From assembly GCA_965223325.1 (NCBI GenBank), contig CBDCWI010000002.1, forward strand, positions 384,001-448,000: a DNA stretch of 64,000 bases, written 5' to 3'. Below, piece by piece: positions 1 to 12,058 of the stretch (positions within the stretch are counted from its first letter, which is position 1; each line of letters begins with the position of its first letter). Source of the stretch: Candidatus Multivoradales bacterium (GTDB taxonomy: Bacteria > Acidobacteriota > Thermoanaerobaculia > Multivoradales > Multivoraceae). The notes below the pieces were generated by a model that did not search any database, was not told the origin of the DNA, and saw nothing but the letters and a program-made list of their open reading frames with translations. The position numbers and the translations under genes are program-made.

Positions 1-1
1 G

Positions 2-493
2 ATGATCAAGGCCGGGCTGCTCTCTCCGCGCCAGCTGCGCGAAGCCGTTCGAAAGCAGGTCGAGCGCATTGCCTGGAGCTTCTTCGAGTACGAAGCGGGC
101 ACGGTCTGCTTTCGTATCCACGAACACCGACAGAGCAATCAGGTCACCATTCAGCTGCCGCTCCGGCAAATGATCTACGAGGGCATCCGCGACCGGGTCA
201 GCACCACCGCTGCTCTCAACCGCCTTGGCCGGCTCGATATCGCGTACAAACAGAGCTGGAACGGCGAAGACCTCATCGACATCGGTTTGACTGGCGAGGA
301 ATTCGCGCTCCTCCAGGCCCTCGACGGCAAGAGAACCCTGCGCGAGATCGTCGGTCTCGACAATGAAAAGACCGATCTCCAGATTCGTCTGGTCTACGCC
401 TTCTACGTGCTCAAACTGGCGCGCCCGGTGGATCCGAGCGATCGCACGCAAGTCACTATCCGACTGCAGACGACGGGTGACAAGTTCGACTGA
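2..493 (+). CDS. DUF4388 (PatA-N-like) domain protein, 5'-truncated by the window edge
   Basis: 'GLLSPRQLREAVRKQVERIAWSFFEYEAGTVCF' and 'MIYEGIR' followed by 'LTGEEFALLQALDGKRTLREI' match the pattern of DUF4388 proteins. Confidence 0.6.
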   Translation: MIKAGLLSPRQLREAVRKQVERIAWSFFEYEAGTVCFRIHEHRQSNQVTIQLPLRQMIYEGIRDRVSTTAALNRLGRLDIAYKQSWNGEDLIDIGLTGEEFALLQALDGKRTLREIVGLDNEKTDLQIRLVYAFYVLKLARPVDPSDRTQVTIRLQTTGDKFD

Positions 494-2393
494 ACCTTCG
501 CCCGGCTCGAGCTTCTGACAGCGCGCGATGCTGGTAGAGCTGGCCGTCTTCGAAACCCAGCTTGCGGTAGTACCCGCGGGTCCCCACCGCCGAGATGACG
601 GCGAGGTTCTTGTAGCCGGCCTGCCGCGCCACTTCCTCGGCGCGAGCCATCAGCCGACGCCCGAGTCCCGAGTGCTGAGCGCGTCCTCGACTCCGCGCAC
701 CGACCTCGACCAGGTTGCCGTAGACGTGCACCTCACGCACCATCGCGGTGCGGCCGCGCTCTCTCAACTCGTCGACGAAGACCGGTTCGTCTGGCAGTGA
801 CAGGCGTAGGAAACCCGCCAGGCGATCCTCCTGATCGACCGCTTCGAGGAAGATCTCCTCCGACTTCCCGTTGCCACAGCCGGCGGCGAAGCTCGTCTGT
901 TTCATCTCGAGGTCATCGGGAGAGACGGTCAACCCCCGAATCTCACGTGCCCTGATCTCCCTGAGCTCTAAACCACGACGACGCGCCTCGTCCTCGGCAA
1001 CCTGGCGGAGGTTGGTGAGCTTGTTACCGACCGCGATCTCTTGCGAGGGGATGTCACGGATTATGCGGGTCAGGCGGCAGTAGCGAGGCGTCGCCTCGAG
1101 GCACCGAGCCAAGACGTCGACCAGCTCGTCGTGTTCCCACGGTCGCCACTCGCCGCGCTCCCAATACTGCATCAACTCCGCACTCGGCACCAGCGAGCAC
1201 GGATAGATCTTGAGCTCGTCGGGACGAAAGGCGGGGTCGTCGAAGAGGCGGTGATAGTCCAGGACGTCCGCCTCTGGGCTCGAACCATGGAGGTTCGGCA
1301 TCCAGTGGGCGTGAACCTTGAATCCCGCCGCTCGCAGCATCGAGAGTGCGCGCCGCGAAGCCGCGACGTCGTGTCCTCGATGGTTGAGCTCGAGAACCCG
1401 GTCGTCGAGGCTCTGCAGCCCGATCTGGACTTTGGTCGCGCCCAGGCGGCGCAAGCGCAACACTTCGGCTTCGTCGATGTGATCGGGCCGGGTTTCGAGC
1501 ACCAGGCCTACCGAGCGCACCGGCGCGGCTTCATTCTCACGATGCAGCGCTTCGAGTTCTTCCCAGGTCGCCGTCTGGCCGGCGAGTTCAGACGCCACCT
1601 CCGGGTTGGAGCGGGTAAAACCGGCGAGCAGACCGTTGTAGCCCTGGCGGCCAGCCGTGTCCTCACCGGCACTCCGCCAGTCGATCGCGGAGGTCTCGCC
1701 CTTCTCCTCGATCGGGTCGTGCACCACCGTGCGGCGGCTCGGACTCCCGTCGAAATCGCCGGCGGTCATGCACTCGCCAAAGTCGTGCATCGCCTCGAAA
1801 CAGCGCGCCAGAAACCAGATGCGATATGGCTCAGGGTAGAAGGACCAGGTACCGCCGAGCACGATCAACTCCACCTTGTCGACGGAGTGCCCAATCTCAT
1901 ACAGAGTTCGCAGCCGCGACCACGTCTGGCCGTAGGGGTCAAAGGCGTGTTCTGCCGCGCGCTGAGCGCCCGGCTCGCTCGAGATGTAGCTCTTGGGCAT
2001 CCGCACATCGTTGGGACAGAAGATGCAACGCCCCGGGCAGGCGTAGGGTTTCGTCAAAACGGTCACCGGCGTCACGCCGCTCTGGGTGCGCATCGGTTTG
2101 CGCCGAATCCTCGCCATCAACGCGCGGGAATCCCAGCCGGCTGACTCGGCCTCTCCATTGCGCTCGAACCAGCGCAACGTGGCAACCAACTCGGCCTTCG
2201 AGTAGAAGCCCCCCTCTGGTCTGGCGTGCTGGCGCAGAATGCTCGCCATCTCGCGGTCTGAGAGGTGCTCGGGAGATTCCGCGACCGCACGCAGAATCGG
2301 CTCGATGCGCTCCCGGTCGGCCGCGGTCGGCGTCCTTCGTACGCTGTCGCGACCCTGCTTCAGGGCGCGCCCCCAAGAGCGCGACCACCGCAA
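456..2393 (-). CDS. elp3: Elp3-family tRNA uridine(34) acetyltransferase/carboxymethyltransferase (radical SAM + KAT domains); exact start uncertain
   Basis: RTQSGVTPV, CPGRCIFC (Fe-S motif), PKSY, GHSVDKVELIVLGGT, ETRPD, RPDELKIYP, RIIRDIP, NLRQ, and KAT motifs REVHVYG, QHSGLGRRLM, VISAVGTRGYYRKLGF. Confidence 0.95.
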   Translation of the reverse strand: MRWSRSWGRALKQGRDSVRRTPTAADRERIEPILRAVAESPEHLSDREMASILRQHARPEGGFYSKAELVATLRWFERNGEAESAGWDSRALMARIRRKPMRTQSGVTPVTVLTKPYACPGRCIFCPNDVRMPKSYISSEPGAQRAAEHAFDPYGQTWSRLRTLYEIGHSVDKVELIVLGGTWSFYPEPYRIWFLARCFEAMHDFGECMTAGDFDGSPSRRTVVHDPIEEKGETSAIDWRSAGEDTAGRQGYNGLLAGFTRSNPEVASELAGQTATWEELEALHRENEAAPVRSVGLVLETRPDHIDEAEVLRLRRLGATKVQIGLQSLDDRVLELNHRGHDVAASRRALSMLRAAGFKVHAHWMPNLHGSSPEADVLDYHRLFDDPAFRPDELKIYPCSLVPSAELMQYWERGEWRPWEHDELVDVLARCLEATPRYCRLTRIIRDIPSQEIAVGNKLTNLRQVAEDEARRRGLELREIRAREIRGLTVSPDDLEMKQTSFAAGCGNGKSEEIFLEAVDQEDRLAGFLRLSLPDEPVFVDELRERGRTAMVREVHVYGNLVEVGARSRGRAQHSGLGRRLMARAEEVARQAGYKNLAVISAVGTRGYYRKLGFEDGQLYQHRALSEARAGRRFSRTCHPSSAVG

Positions 2394-3310
2394 AGAGATG
2401 CGAAGTCGGTTGTCGCGTCGCCAACCCAGCGTCGATCGAGATAGCGCTCGAGGTAGAGCTTCTTGTCTTGCTGTGGGAGTCGAAGGCGGGTCGCCTCAAA
2501 GCCCGGCGGTGGTGCCTCGAACACCTCCTCGCCTGACGCGGTCGCCGCCGCATCCGCTCCGTCAATGGCCGGAGCTGGCCGCCGCGGCAGGGCGTAGCCG
2601 CGGAACTCCCCGTCACCGAGTGCCACCTCCCAGAGGCTGAACAACCCACGTGCGGGATCCCGTTGGGCACACAGGCCTTCCATCGGGCGGCCGCGCGCCC
2701 GCCGGCGCTCGAAGGCACGCTTGATCTGATGGTGAAGCGAAAGGACGTGCGACCCGAACTCAGTGGTCACACTCAGGTACCAAACCACCCGACTTTCCTC
2801 ACTTGCCTCTGGGAAGAGCTCCCGCGCCCGCTCGGCAGCGACCTCTTGCCAACTCGATGGGACAGGTCCGTCGCTGGCGGCGAGCAAGAGCGCGTGGGTC
2901 AGATACTCGTAGGCATCGACCGCGAGAGTCGAAGGCGCGCGCAAAGTCCGCCCGTTTGAGCCTGTCGCGCTCTCGGCGGGCTGCCAATAGACATCAGAGC
3001 GCAGAAACAGGCGCCGCGGCACTGACTCCTCGCCGAGGGTCACCGCTGGCTGATAGAACGCCATCGCCAGGCCAGGACTGTCGTGCGCCAGGATCAAGAG
3101 ACCTGCCGCGGCGCCGGTTACCACCGCCGGAAGCTCTTCGGCTTCGAGCAGGCGAGCGAGCTTCCAACCAGGAAGAGGCGCTCCAAGGTTCGATTCCTGG
3201 ACGGTGGAACGTGCCACGCGAGGGCCAACCAGATTCAACAGGACAGCCGCCAACACCGCCAGCGAGATTGGGCGCCAGACGCCAGGCGCCGCTCGAGGTC
3301 GATGAGGCAT
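2360..3310 (-). CDS. Hypothetical protein with N-terminal signal/TM segment
   Basis: 316-aa ORF filling the gap directly upstream of elp3; hydrophobic N-terminus 'ISLAVLAAVLLNLVG'; no family recognised. Confidence 0.6.
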   Translation of the reverse strand: MPHRPRAAPGVWRPISLAVLAAVLLNLVGPRVARSTVQESNLGAPLPGWKLARLLEAEELPAVVTGAAAGLLILAHDSPGLAMAFYQPAVTLGEESVPRRLFLRSDVYWQPAESATGSNGRTLRAPSTLAVDAYEYLTHALLLAASDGPVPSSWQEVAAERARELFPEASEESRVVWYLSVTTEFGSHVLSLHHQIKRAFERRRARGRPMEGLCAQRDPARGLFSLWEVALGDGEFRGYALPRRPAPAIDGADAAATASGEEVFEAPPPGFEATRLRLPQQDKKLYLERYLDRRWVGDATTDFASLCGGRALGGAP

Positions 3311-3412
3311 GATAGGGAACTATAGCCGCGGGGCTGCGACCCAGGGAGGCCGCAACAGTGCATCGCTCGCTTCTCGAGGCGAGCGTGGCCCGAAGCCATC
3401 GAACGCACAGAG

Positions 3413-4201
3413 ATGACAGCGATGACCAAGTTTTCTGAAGCTCGCGTCGCCCTCGTTACCGGGGCCGGCAGCGGAATCGGCCGCGGCATCAGCCGGGCGC
3501 TCGCCACGTCGGGATACAGCCTGGTCCTCACCGGAAGAAGGAGAAAACCCCTCGAAGAGCTGGCCGCGGATCTTGCCGTTCCAACCCTCGTCGCTCCAGG
3601 TGACGTGTCGAGCCCGGCCCACGCCGCAGGTATGGTTGGCGCCAGTCGAGAGCGTTTCGGCCGGCTCGATCTGTTGGTGAACAACGCCGGTATTGCCCGT
3701 GGCGGACCGCTAGAGTCACTCTCCGACGACGAGGTCGAGGCGCTGCTGTCGATTGATCTGGCCGGGCCCATCCATATGTTGCGCGCGGCACTCCAGCTGC
3801 TCACCGAAACTGCGCACGAGGCCGGTGAGAGTTCGGTGGTCAACATTTCGTCTTCGGTGGCCCTGGCTCCGATCAAGAACTTCTCGGTCTACATCGCCGC
3901 CAAGGCGGGCCTCGACGGCTTCACGCGGGCGATGGCGCTCGAGCTTGCCGAGCGCCGCATTCGTGTCAACGCCGTTTCGCCTGGCATCGTAGAGACTCCG
4001 ATCTTCGAGACCATGATGCCAACCGAAGCGATCAAGGACTTCCTCGCTGCTTTCGATACCGCCGTGCCGCTCGGCCGTGTCGGTCGACCAGACGACATCG
4101 CGGCGACCGTCAGCTTTCTGGCCTCGCCACGAGCGTCCTATCTGACCGGTGCGATTCTGCCAGTCGACGGAGGCCTCAGCCTGGCTGCCGACGGCAAGTG
4201 A
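3413..4201 (+). CDS. Short-chain dehydrogenase/reductase (FabG-like SDR)
   Basis: TGAGSGIG, NNAG, NISS, YIAAK (YxxxK), VNAVSPG, VDGG. Confidence 0.95.
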   Translation: MTAMTKFSEARVALVTGAGSGIGRGISRALATSGYSLVLTGRRRKPLEELAADLAVPTLVAPGDVSSPAHAAGMVGASRERFGRLDLLVNNAGIARGGPLESLSDDEVEALLSIDLAGPIHMLRAALQLLTETAHEAGESSVVNISSSVALAPIKNFSVYIAAKAGLDGFTRAMALELAERRIRVNAVSPGIVETPIFETMMPTEAIKDFLAAFDTAVPLGRVGRPDDIAATVSFLASPRASYLTGAILPVDGGLSLAADGK

Positions 4202-4968
4202 CGGACAGAAACCAAACCGCGGGCGACGCGGCGAAACGAGCCGACGAGCTCAACCGCGATTTCTACGAGACCTGTGCCGCCGACTTCAGTCGCACGCGGC
4301 GCACACCGTGGCCGGGCTGGAAGACGCTGCTCGCACGCCCGGCCATTCAACACGCACTCAACCAGGCCAGGGCCAATGCGCGCCCTCTCCGCGTACTCGA
4401 TGCAGGCTGCGGCAACGGTCGGTTCGCTTCGCTCTTGGCGGGCGAACTCACCGAGTGTGAACTTCCGCTCTCCTACCTCGGCCTCGACCGCTCGCGCGCT
4501 CTGATCGCCGAGGCGCAGAAGGGCGTTCACTTGGCACCGCCTCACCAGGGGCGCTTCGTGGTTGCCGATCTCGAGACTTCGCTCTCGGTCGCCGGGCATG
4601 ACTACGACCTGGTCTCATGCTTCGGCGTCTTTCACCACATTCCAACCCAGGAACGGCGCGTAGTTCTCTTGGCGTCTCTCGCCGGTACCGTCGGCTCACA
4701 TGGTGTGCTGGCGGTCTCCTACTGGCGTTTTCAAACCCTCGAACGGGTCGCGCGCCGGGCGATCGCCAGCGACCTGGAGCCGGGCGCGGTTCTCCTGCCC
4801 TGGGGTGGAGACCCGGCGCACCTGCGCTTCTGTCAGCAGATGTCCGAGGAACAACGCCGAGAGGTCGAGGAGGAGGCTCTGGTTGACGGCGTCGACAGCT
4901 TCACCGCCGACGGCGCCAATGGCGAGGCCAACCTCTACCGCCTCTACCGCGGCCGAACGAAGGGTTAG
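4198..4968 (+). CDS. Class I SAM-dependent methyltransferase resembling the Trm9/ALKBH8 tRNA carboxyl methyltransferase domain
   Basis: FYETCAADFSRTRRTPWP, VLDAGCGNGRF, GVFHHIPTQERR and LAVSYW parallel Trm9/ALKBH8 signature segments; GTGA overlap with the SDR stop. Confidence 0.8.
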   Translation: MTDRNQTAGDAAKRADELNRDFYETCAADFSRTRRTPWPGWKTLLARPAIQHALNQARANARPLRVLDAGCGNGRFASLLAGELTECELPLSYLGLDRSRALIAEAQKGVHLAPPHQGRFVVADLETSLSVAGHDYDLVSCFGVFHHIPTQERRVVLLASLAGTVGSHGVLAVSYWRFQTLERVARRAIASDLEPGAVLLPWGGDPAHLRFCQQMSEEQRREVEEEALVDGVDSFTADGANGEANLYRLYRGRTKG

Positions 4969-5189
4969 GGCGGCCCTTGTGTCCCTCCCGGCTGGCAGGA
5001 CACGTCGCACGACGTCAACAGCGTCACGCTCCAGCTGAACCCTCGGTCAGGATCGCAGGTGGCCCGAGCCAGCTCAGCGCAAGTCGAAAAGCGATAGCTG
5101 GCCCAACCGACGACGGCCACCATCAGCACTGCAAACGCTACTACGCCGCGGAGAGCCGTGCGGCCCAGTTTGTACCCTTGCTTCTCCAT
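4965..5189 (-). CDS. Small hypothetical membrane protein
   Basis: 74 aa, one hydrophobic helix, Cys-containing C-terminus; starts 16 nt after the sdhB stop with GGGGA upstream. Confidence 0.4.
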   Translation of the reverse strand: MEKQGYKLGRTALRGVVAFAVLMVAVVGWASYRFSTCAELARATCDPDRGFSWSVTLLTSCDVSCQPGGTQGPP

Positions 5190-5205
5190 CGCATCCCCCG
5201 GGTGT

Positions 5206-7892
<2,687 letters not shown>

Positions 7893-7911
7893 CGAACGCT
7901 CCTGTTTGCGG

Positions 7912-8586
7912 TCACGACAGAACTCCCGTCAACACGCCAATTGGCACGAGCAGAAAACCCACGGTCACCATCACTGCAAACAAAACAGCGAAGGGCCGTC
8001 GCAACCGGTCGATCGAGGGATGACGAAGACCAAGGGTTTGAAAGAAACTCCACAGGCCGTGGTAGAGGTGAGTCCCGAGGAGCAGAACCGCGACGACGTA
8101 GGCCAACGCAACCGGCCACTTTGAGAGCCCACTGGTCAGGTTGTGGTACGCGTCTCCGGCGATGAAGTCCGGGTGGGCGTTGCCGACCGTCAGATGCATC
8201 AAGTGGTACACGATATAGGCGAAGAGAATGTAGCCGCTGTAGCGCATCGTGCGTGAGGCATAGTCGAGCTGCACCCCTTGCCGACGTCGATAGTTCTGTG
8301 GACGCGCGCGACGGTTGACGAGCGTGAGCGCGGTCGCAGCCCAGATGTGAAGACCCGCGGCAAGCAGAAGACCCAGGCGCGCAATCCAGAGTGCCCCCTC
8401 GTGGGGAATGAACGGCGAACCGAAGTCGCGAATGCCCTCGGCATAGTGGTTGAAGGCTTCGGCGCCTTGAAACGCCTTGAGGTTTCCGGCCATATGGCCG
8501 ACGACGAACCCGAAGAGCATCAGGCCGGTGATTGCCATGACCGCTTTCTGGAAAATCGTCGATCGATGAAGTGTCGTCAAGGACAT
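7912..8586 (-). CDS. sdhC: Succinate dehydrogenase cytochrome b558 membrane anchor
   Basis: Five TM helices with heme-ligand His (GHMAGN, LHI, YHLMH, HLYHG); first gene of sdhCAB. Confidence 0.93.
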   Translation of the reverse strand: MSLTTLHRSTIFQKAVMAITGLMLFGFVVGHMAGNLKAFQGAEAFNHYAEGIRDFGSPFIPHEGALWIARLGLLLAAGLHIWAATALTLVNRRARPQNYRRRQGVQLDYASRTMRYSGYILFAYIVYHLMHLTVGNAHPDFIAGDAYHNLTSGLSKWPVALAYVVAVLLLGTHLYHGLWSFFQTLGLRHPSIDRLRRPFAVLFAVMVTVGFLLVPIGVLTGVLS

Positions 8587-8845
8587 TGGTGTTTCTCGTT
8601 AGAGCGTGCGCATCAGCGGTTGAGCGAGTCGAGCACCGCGTGCTCCACCCAGATGAGCGGTCCTCTGCTCAGGACCGCCGCTGCCAGGGTCCCGGCTACC
8701 AGGCACGGGCTGCCCCTACCTGCCTTCCCCGCACACCGTCGCGTTCGACCCAGAGCAGCTCTCGTGGAAGATAGCTGAGCGTACCCGAAGAAGCAGCCAT
8801 GTTCGAGCTTCCTGCGGTTACTACGGATGTCCGAAAGGAAGGGTC

Positions 8846-10168
8846 TCATAGGAAATCGCGGTCACGGATCTTCTTGGGCAGGAACTCCTCGGTCACAAAG
8901 GAGATGCCTTTGTTCGAGAGTGCCTCCAGTTCCCATTTCACGCCCTCGGCCAGCATGTGTTTGATCTCGCGCTGCCAGGCCCGGTCTTTGAACCAGTCGT
9001 AGGCGAGAATCTCACGCGCCCGGGCCTTGTCCTGCTCGTTGAGTTTGATGCTCACCGTGTTGGCAATGCCGAACTTCGCTGGGTCATAGCTGGAGAGGCC
9101 AAGAAACTTGGCACTCGGAACAGCCATCCGCTGCGACTCGAACGCCAGATTGATCGAGCCCTGCTTCACGACCGAGTGGATGTAGTAGCCCCAGGGATCG
9201 TTGTCGACGAAGACATAGAGCGGCAGCTTCAGCTCCTTGACCATGCGAAAAAGCAGCCGACGCACACCGCGCGACGGCTGCCCCTGCCCGGTGACCAGAA
9301 TGCACTTATGCTTCTTCCAGAACTTGTCTTCGTTCAGGCGTGCCCAAACTGCCTCTTTCTCGACCAGGAGAATGAACTTCGCATTGTGTTTCACAAACTG
9401 CACGACGTTCGGTTCGACGATCCCTGGCACCGACCAACCACCTGATCCCATTCGCGCGAGATTGATGGTGTCGCCCGCATCGATGATGGTCGCCGGGCCG
9501 ACCACGGAGCCTCGCTTGGCAGCAAACAGCTTGAGCTCCTCGCGCAAAGCGCCGAGAGTGACCTCGAGATCTTCAATGATCGGATCGGATTCGCTCTGGT
9601 CGTCGAAGGTGTTCTCTTTGCCGTCGGCAAGGGTGTACTTGCTCATGTAGTACATGTCACGAATGCTGGTGGTCTTGTCCTCCTCCTGCAGCTGCGAACA
9701 GCCACGGGCGACCACGAACGTTTGCATGTACTTCTTGGCCTGATTGAGATTGAACAGGCTGCGGCGTTGCGTCACCTTGCCCATCTCGAGAATCTTCTTC
9801 TTGGGCGAGAAGGTGACGTTCGAAAGCGTGCGCGATGGAATGTCGACGAAGGGATCGATGCCCTGTTCGGCCAGCTCGACGGTCTTCTCGGCGAGGTGGA
9901 TAATCTTGAGGTCGGTGTCGAGCCGCGGCGGGATCTTGAAACTCTTGACGTTCGAGTTGTCGAGCTTCCGGGAAGCCCGTTCGAGCTGCTTGGCAGTCGG
10001 CTTCCTGGCCCGGGCCTTCTTCTTGGCCCCCGCCTTCTTCTTCGAAGCCTTCGCAGCACTCTTCTTCGCGACCTTCTTCTTCGTCGCCTTCTTCTTCGCT
10101 CGCTTCTTGGCGGCCTTCTTCTTGCTCGCGCTCCTCTTGCGTGTGGGTGTTTTCTTGCGAGTCGCCAT
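8846..10168 (-). CDS. top6A: DNA topoisomerase VI subunit A (Spo11 homolog) with Lys/Ala-rich N-terminal extension
   Basis: IRDMYY catalytic Tyr motif, FDDQSESDPIIEDLE, TOPRIM motifs VEKEAV and DNDPWG, GSI, KWELEAL; adjacent to top6B. Confidence 0.95.
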   Translation of the reverse strand: MATRKKTPTRKRSASKKKAAKKRAKKKATKKKVAKKSAAKASKKKAGAKKKARARKPTAKQLERASRKLDNSNVKSFKIPPRLDTDLKIIHLAEKTVELAEQGIDPFVDIPSRTLSNVTFSPKKKILEMGKVTQRRSLFNLNQAKKYMQTFVVARGCSQLQEEDKTTSIRDMYYMSKYTLADGKENTFDDQSESDPIIEDLEVTLGALREELKLFAAKRGSVVGPATIIDAGDTINLARMGSGGWSVPGIVEPNVVQFVKHNAKFILLVEKEAVWARLNEDKFWKKHKCILVTGQGQPSRGVRRLLFRMVKELKLPLYVFVDNDPWGYYIHSVVKQGSINLAFESQRMAVPSAKFLGLSSYDPAKFGIANTVSIKLNEQDKARAREILAYDWFKDRAWQREIKHMLAEGVKWELEALSNKGISFVTEEFLPKKIRDRDFL

Positions 10169-10202
10169 CGATTCTTCTACCTTCTAAAAGGAGCCGGTCA
10201 CC

Positions 10203-11921
10203 TCAACCGAGGTCGAGAACAGCCTGTTCCTCTGGATCTCCGCCGGCGTCGCCCCGGTCGACGATCAACGTGTTCTCGGCGTCCGCCAGCTCTTCGTTAC
10301 TCTTCTTCGAAGACTTGAGCTCGGCTAGCAACTCCGCCAGCTCCGTCTTACCGGTCGAAATCCCAACGAGGTTGTCACGAAACGGTTCTTGATCGCGCGC
10401 TGTGATGCGCTCGACACAGTTGACGACTTCGTCCAGGTAGAGGTTGAAGACCTCGCGCCGCTTGGCTTCGTTACGCGCCCGCGCCTTGCGCTTGACCCAG
10501 GTGCCCATGCGGCGACCACAAGATTGCACCGCAAGGCGGATCTCTTTGCGAATCTCCTCGTAGTCCGCGACTGCTTCCTTGCTCTCGGAACTGAAGGGCA
10601 CCCACACCGAGGCCATGTGCACCAAAACGACCAGCGGACCCGTCGGCAGAGCTCCGCGTGACTGGGCGAGGCCGTAGCTCTTCCAGCCAACGTCCATCAC
10701 CGCGCGGGTGATCGCGCAACCGCCCGCCTGATAGAGCAGCGGCACGCGGTTGGCGAAACGCAACACCTTGGCCAGTTCATCGCCCGGTAGTTCCCCACCA
10801 TAGGCCAGGCCGACTTCGATCTGGAACGGATTGCCGCGGTAGACCGTCGGTCGTCGCGTTTCGACGGTGTAGAACTCAGCCGGCAGACCGCGCGTCAGGC
10901 CAGCGAGCAGCTCGCGCATGCCAATCGGTGAGAGGCAGTTGGTCGGCGGCGCCATGATCCTGGTCGACGGGTCGTTGATCGCCCGATAGAGCTGGTCGAC
11001 GCCCCCACGCTGAATGGTGTTGGGCCGGTTGCGTGGCTTGAGGCCGGCTTTGGTGACGATCTTCGAAGCCAGTGCCGGACTGACCCGGCTGAAATCCTTG
11101 GCCAGGAAAGAGGTCACCGTTGGCTGCTTCGTGGCCTGCAACATCTTCATCAAAACGCCCAGCTCGACACCGTGCGGGTGCGGCTTGATTTCCTTCGGAG
11201 CGATTGGGTTGTCGTCGACCGTGCGCTCCCAGAGCACCTCGTCGCCGGCGGGGTTCTTGTAGTAGAGCGTCACGTGGGGATTCGCCACCGCCACCTGGCG
11301 CAGGAACTCGTCGACCGAACGCTTACCCTTCTGGTAGTCACCCTCGAGTTCGATCTCGAGCTGCGTGCCGGACCTGCGGTCCCACTTGGACAGCTTCTTC
11401 TCTTTGAGGATCTTGGGCTTGTTGGAAGTGGTGTCGATCATCACCTGCATCCACACCGCTGGCTTGCGTGGACCGGTCTTCGAGATCGCGATCATCGGCT
11501 TGCCGGTGGTCAGCTGGCCGTACATTGCCGCCGCCGAGATGCCGATCCCCTGTTGGCCGCGACTCTGTTTCATGCTGTGGAACTTCGAGCCGTAGAGCAG
11601 CTTGCCGAAAATGTTGGGAATCTGTCTCGACACGATGCCGGGGCCGTTGTCGCCGACCCGCACGACAAAGCGCTTCTCCTTGACCTTGCCCTTCTCCATC
11701 ACTCGCTCGAGCTCGACGGTGATGTCGGGCAGGATGCCGGCCTCTTCACAGGCATCGAGCGAGTTGTCGACCGCCTCCTTGACCGCGGTCAGGAGTGCCT
11801 TGCGCAGAGAATCGAAACCCAGCAGATGTCGATTCTTGGCAAAGAACTCAGAGACTGAGATCTCACGCTGCTTCTTCGAAAGGGTCTCGGCGGTGACCCG
11901 TTTCGTCTTCCTGGTGGCCAT
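10203..11921 (-). CDS. top6B: DNA topoisomerase VI subunit B (GHKL ATPase)
   Basis: [63 protein letters not shown]; start moved to ATG 11921, which has AGAGGA/GAGGA upstream. Confidence 0.95.
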   Translation of the reverse strand: MATRKTKRVTAETLSKKQREISVSEFFAKNRHLLGFDSLRKALLTAVKEAVDNSLDACEEAGILPDITVELERVMEKGKVKEKRFVVRVGDNGPGIVSRQIPNIFGKLLYGSKFHSMKQSRGQQGIGISAAAMYGQLTTGKPMIAISKTGPRKPAVWMQVMIDTTSNKPKILKEKKLSKWDRRSGTQLEIELEGDYQKGKRSVDEFLRQVAVANPHVTLYYKNPAGDEVLWERTVDDNPIAPKEIKPHPHGVELGVLMKMLQATKQPTVTSFLAKDFSRVSPALASKIVTKAGLKPRNRPNTIQRGGVDQLYRAINDPSTRIMAPPTNCLSPIGMRELLAGLTRGLPAEFYTVETRRPTVYRGNPFQIEVGLAYGGELPGDELAKVLRFANRVPLLYQAGGCAITRAVMDVGWKSYGLAQSRGALPTGPLVVLVHMASVWVPFSSESKEAVADYEEIRKEIRLAVQSCGRRMGTWVKRKARARNEAKRREVFNLYLDEVVNCVERITARDQEPFRDNLVGISTGKTELAELLAELKSSKKSNEELADAENTLIVDRGDAGGDPEEQAVLDLG

Positions 11922-12058
11922 TCCTCGGCTTCCTCTGGGTCCATGGTTCGCTAGCAACCGCAACATGAGAGATGGTAACGACTACGGTTCGAACTAGCAG
12001 CGCTCGGGCTCTGTGTCAACGAAGAGGGGCTCCGTCTGGCCGCCGTGAGCGAGGTTCC

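Noticed and set aside
4965-5189. Small ORF as a Trm112 partner for the Trm9-like enzyme
   Set aside because: It has a TM helix and lacks the Trm112/YcaR CP...IP pattern
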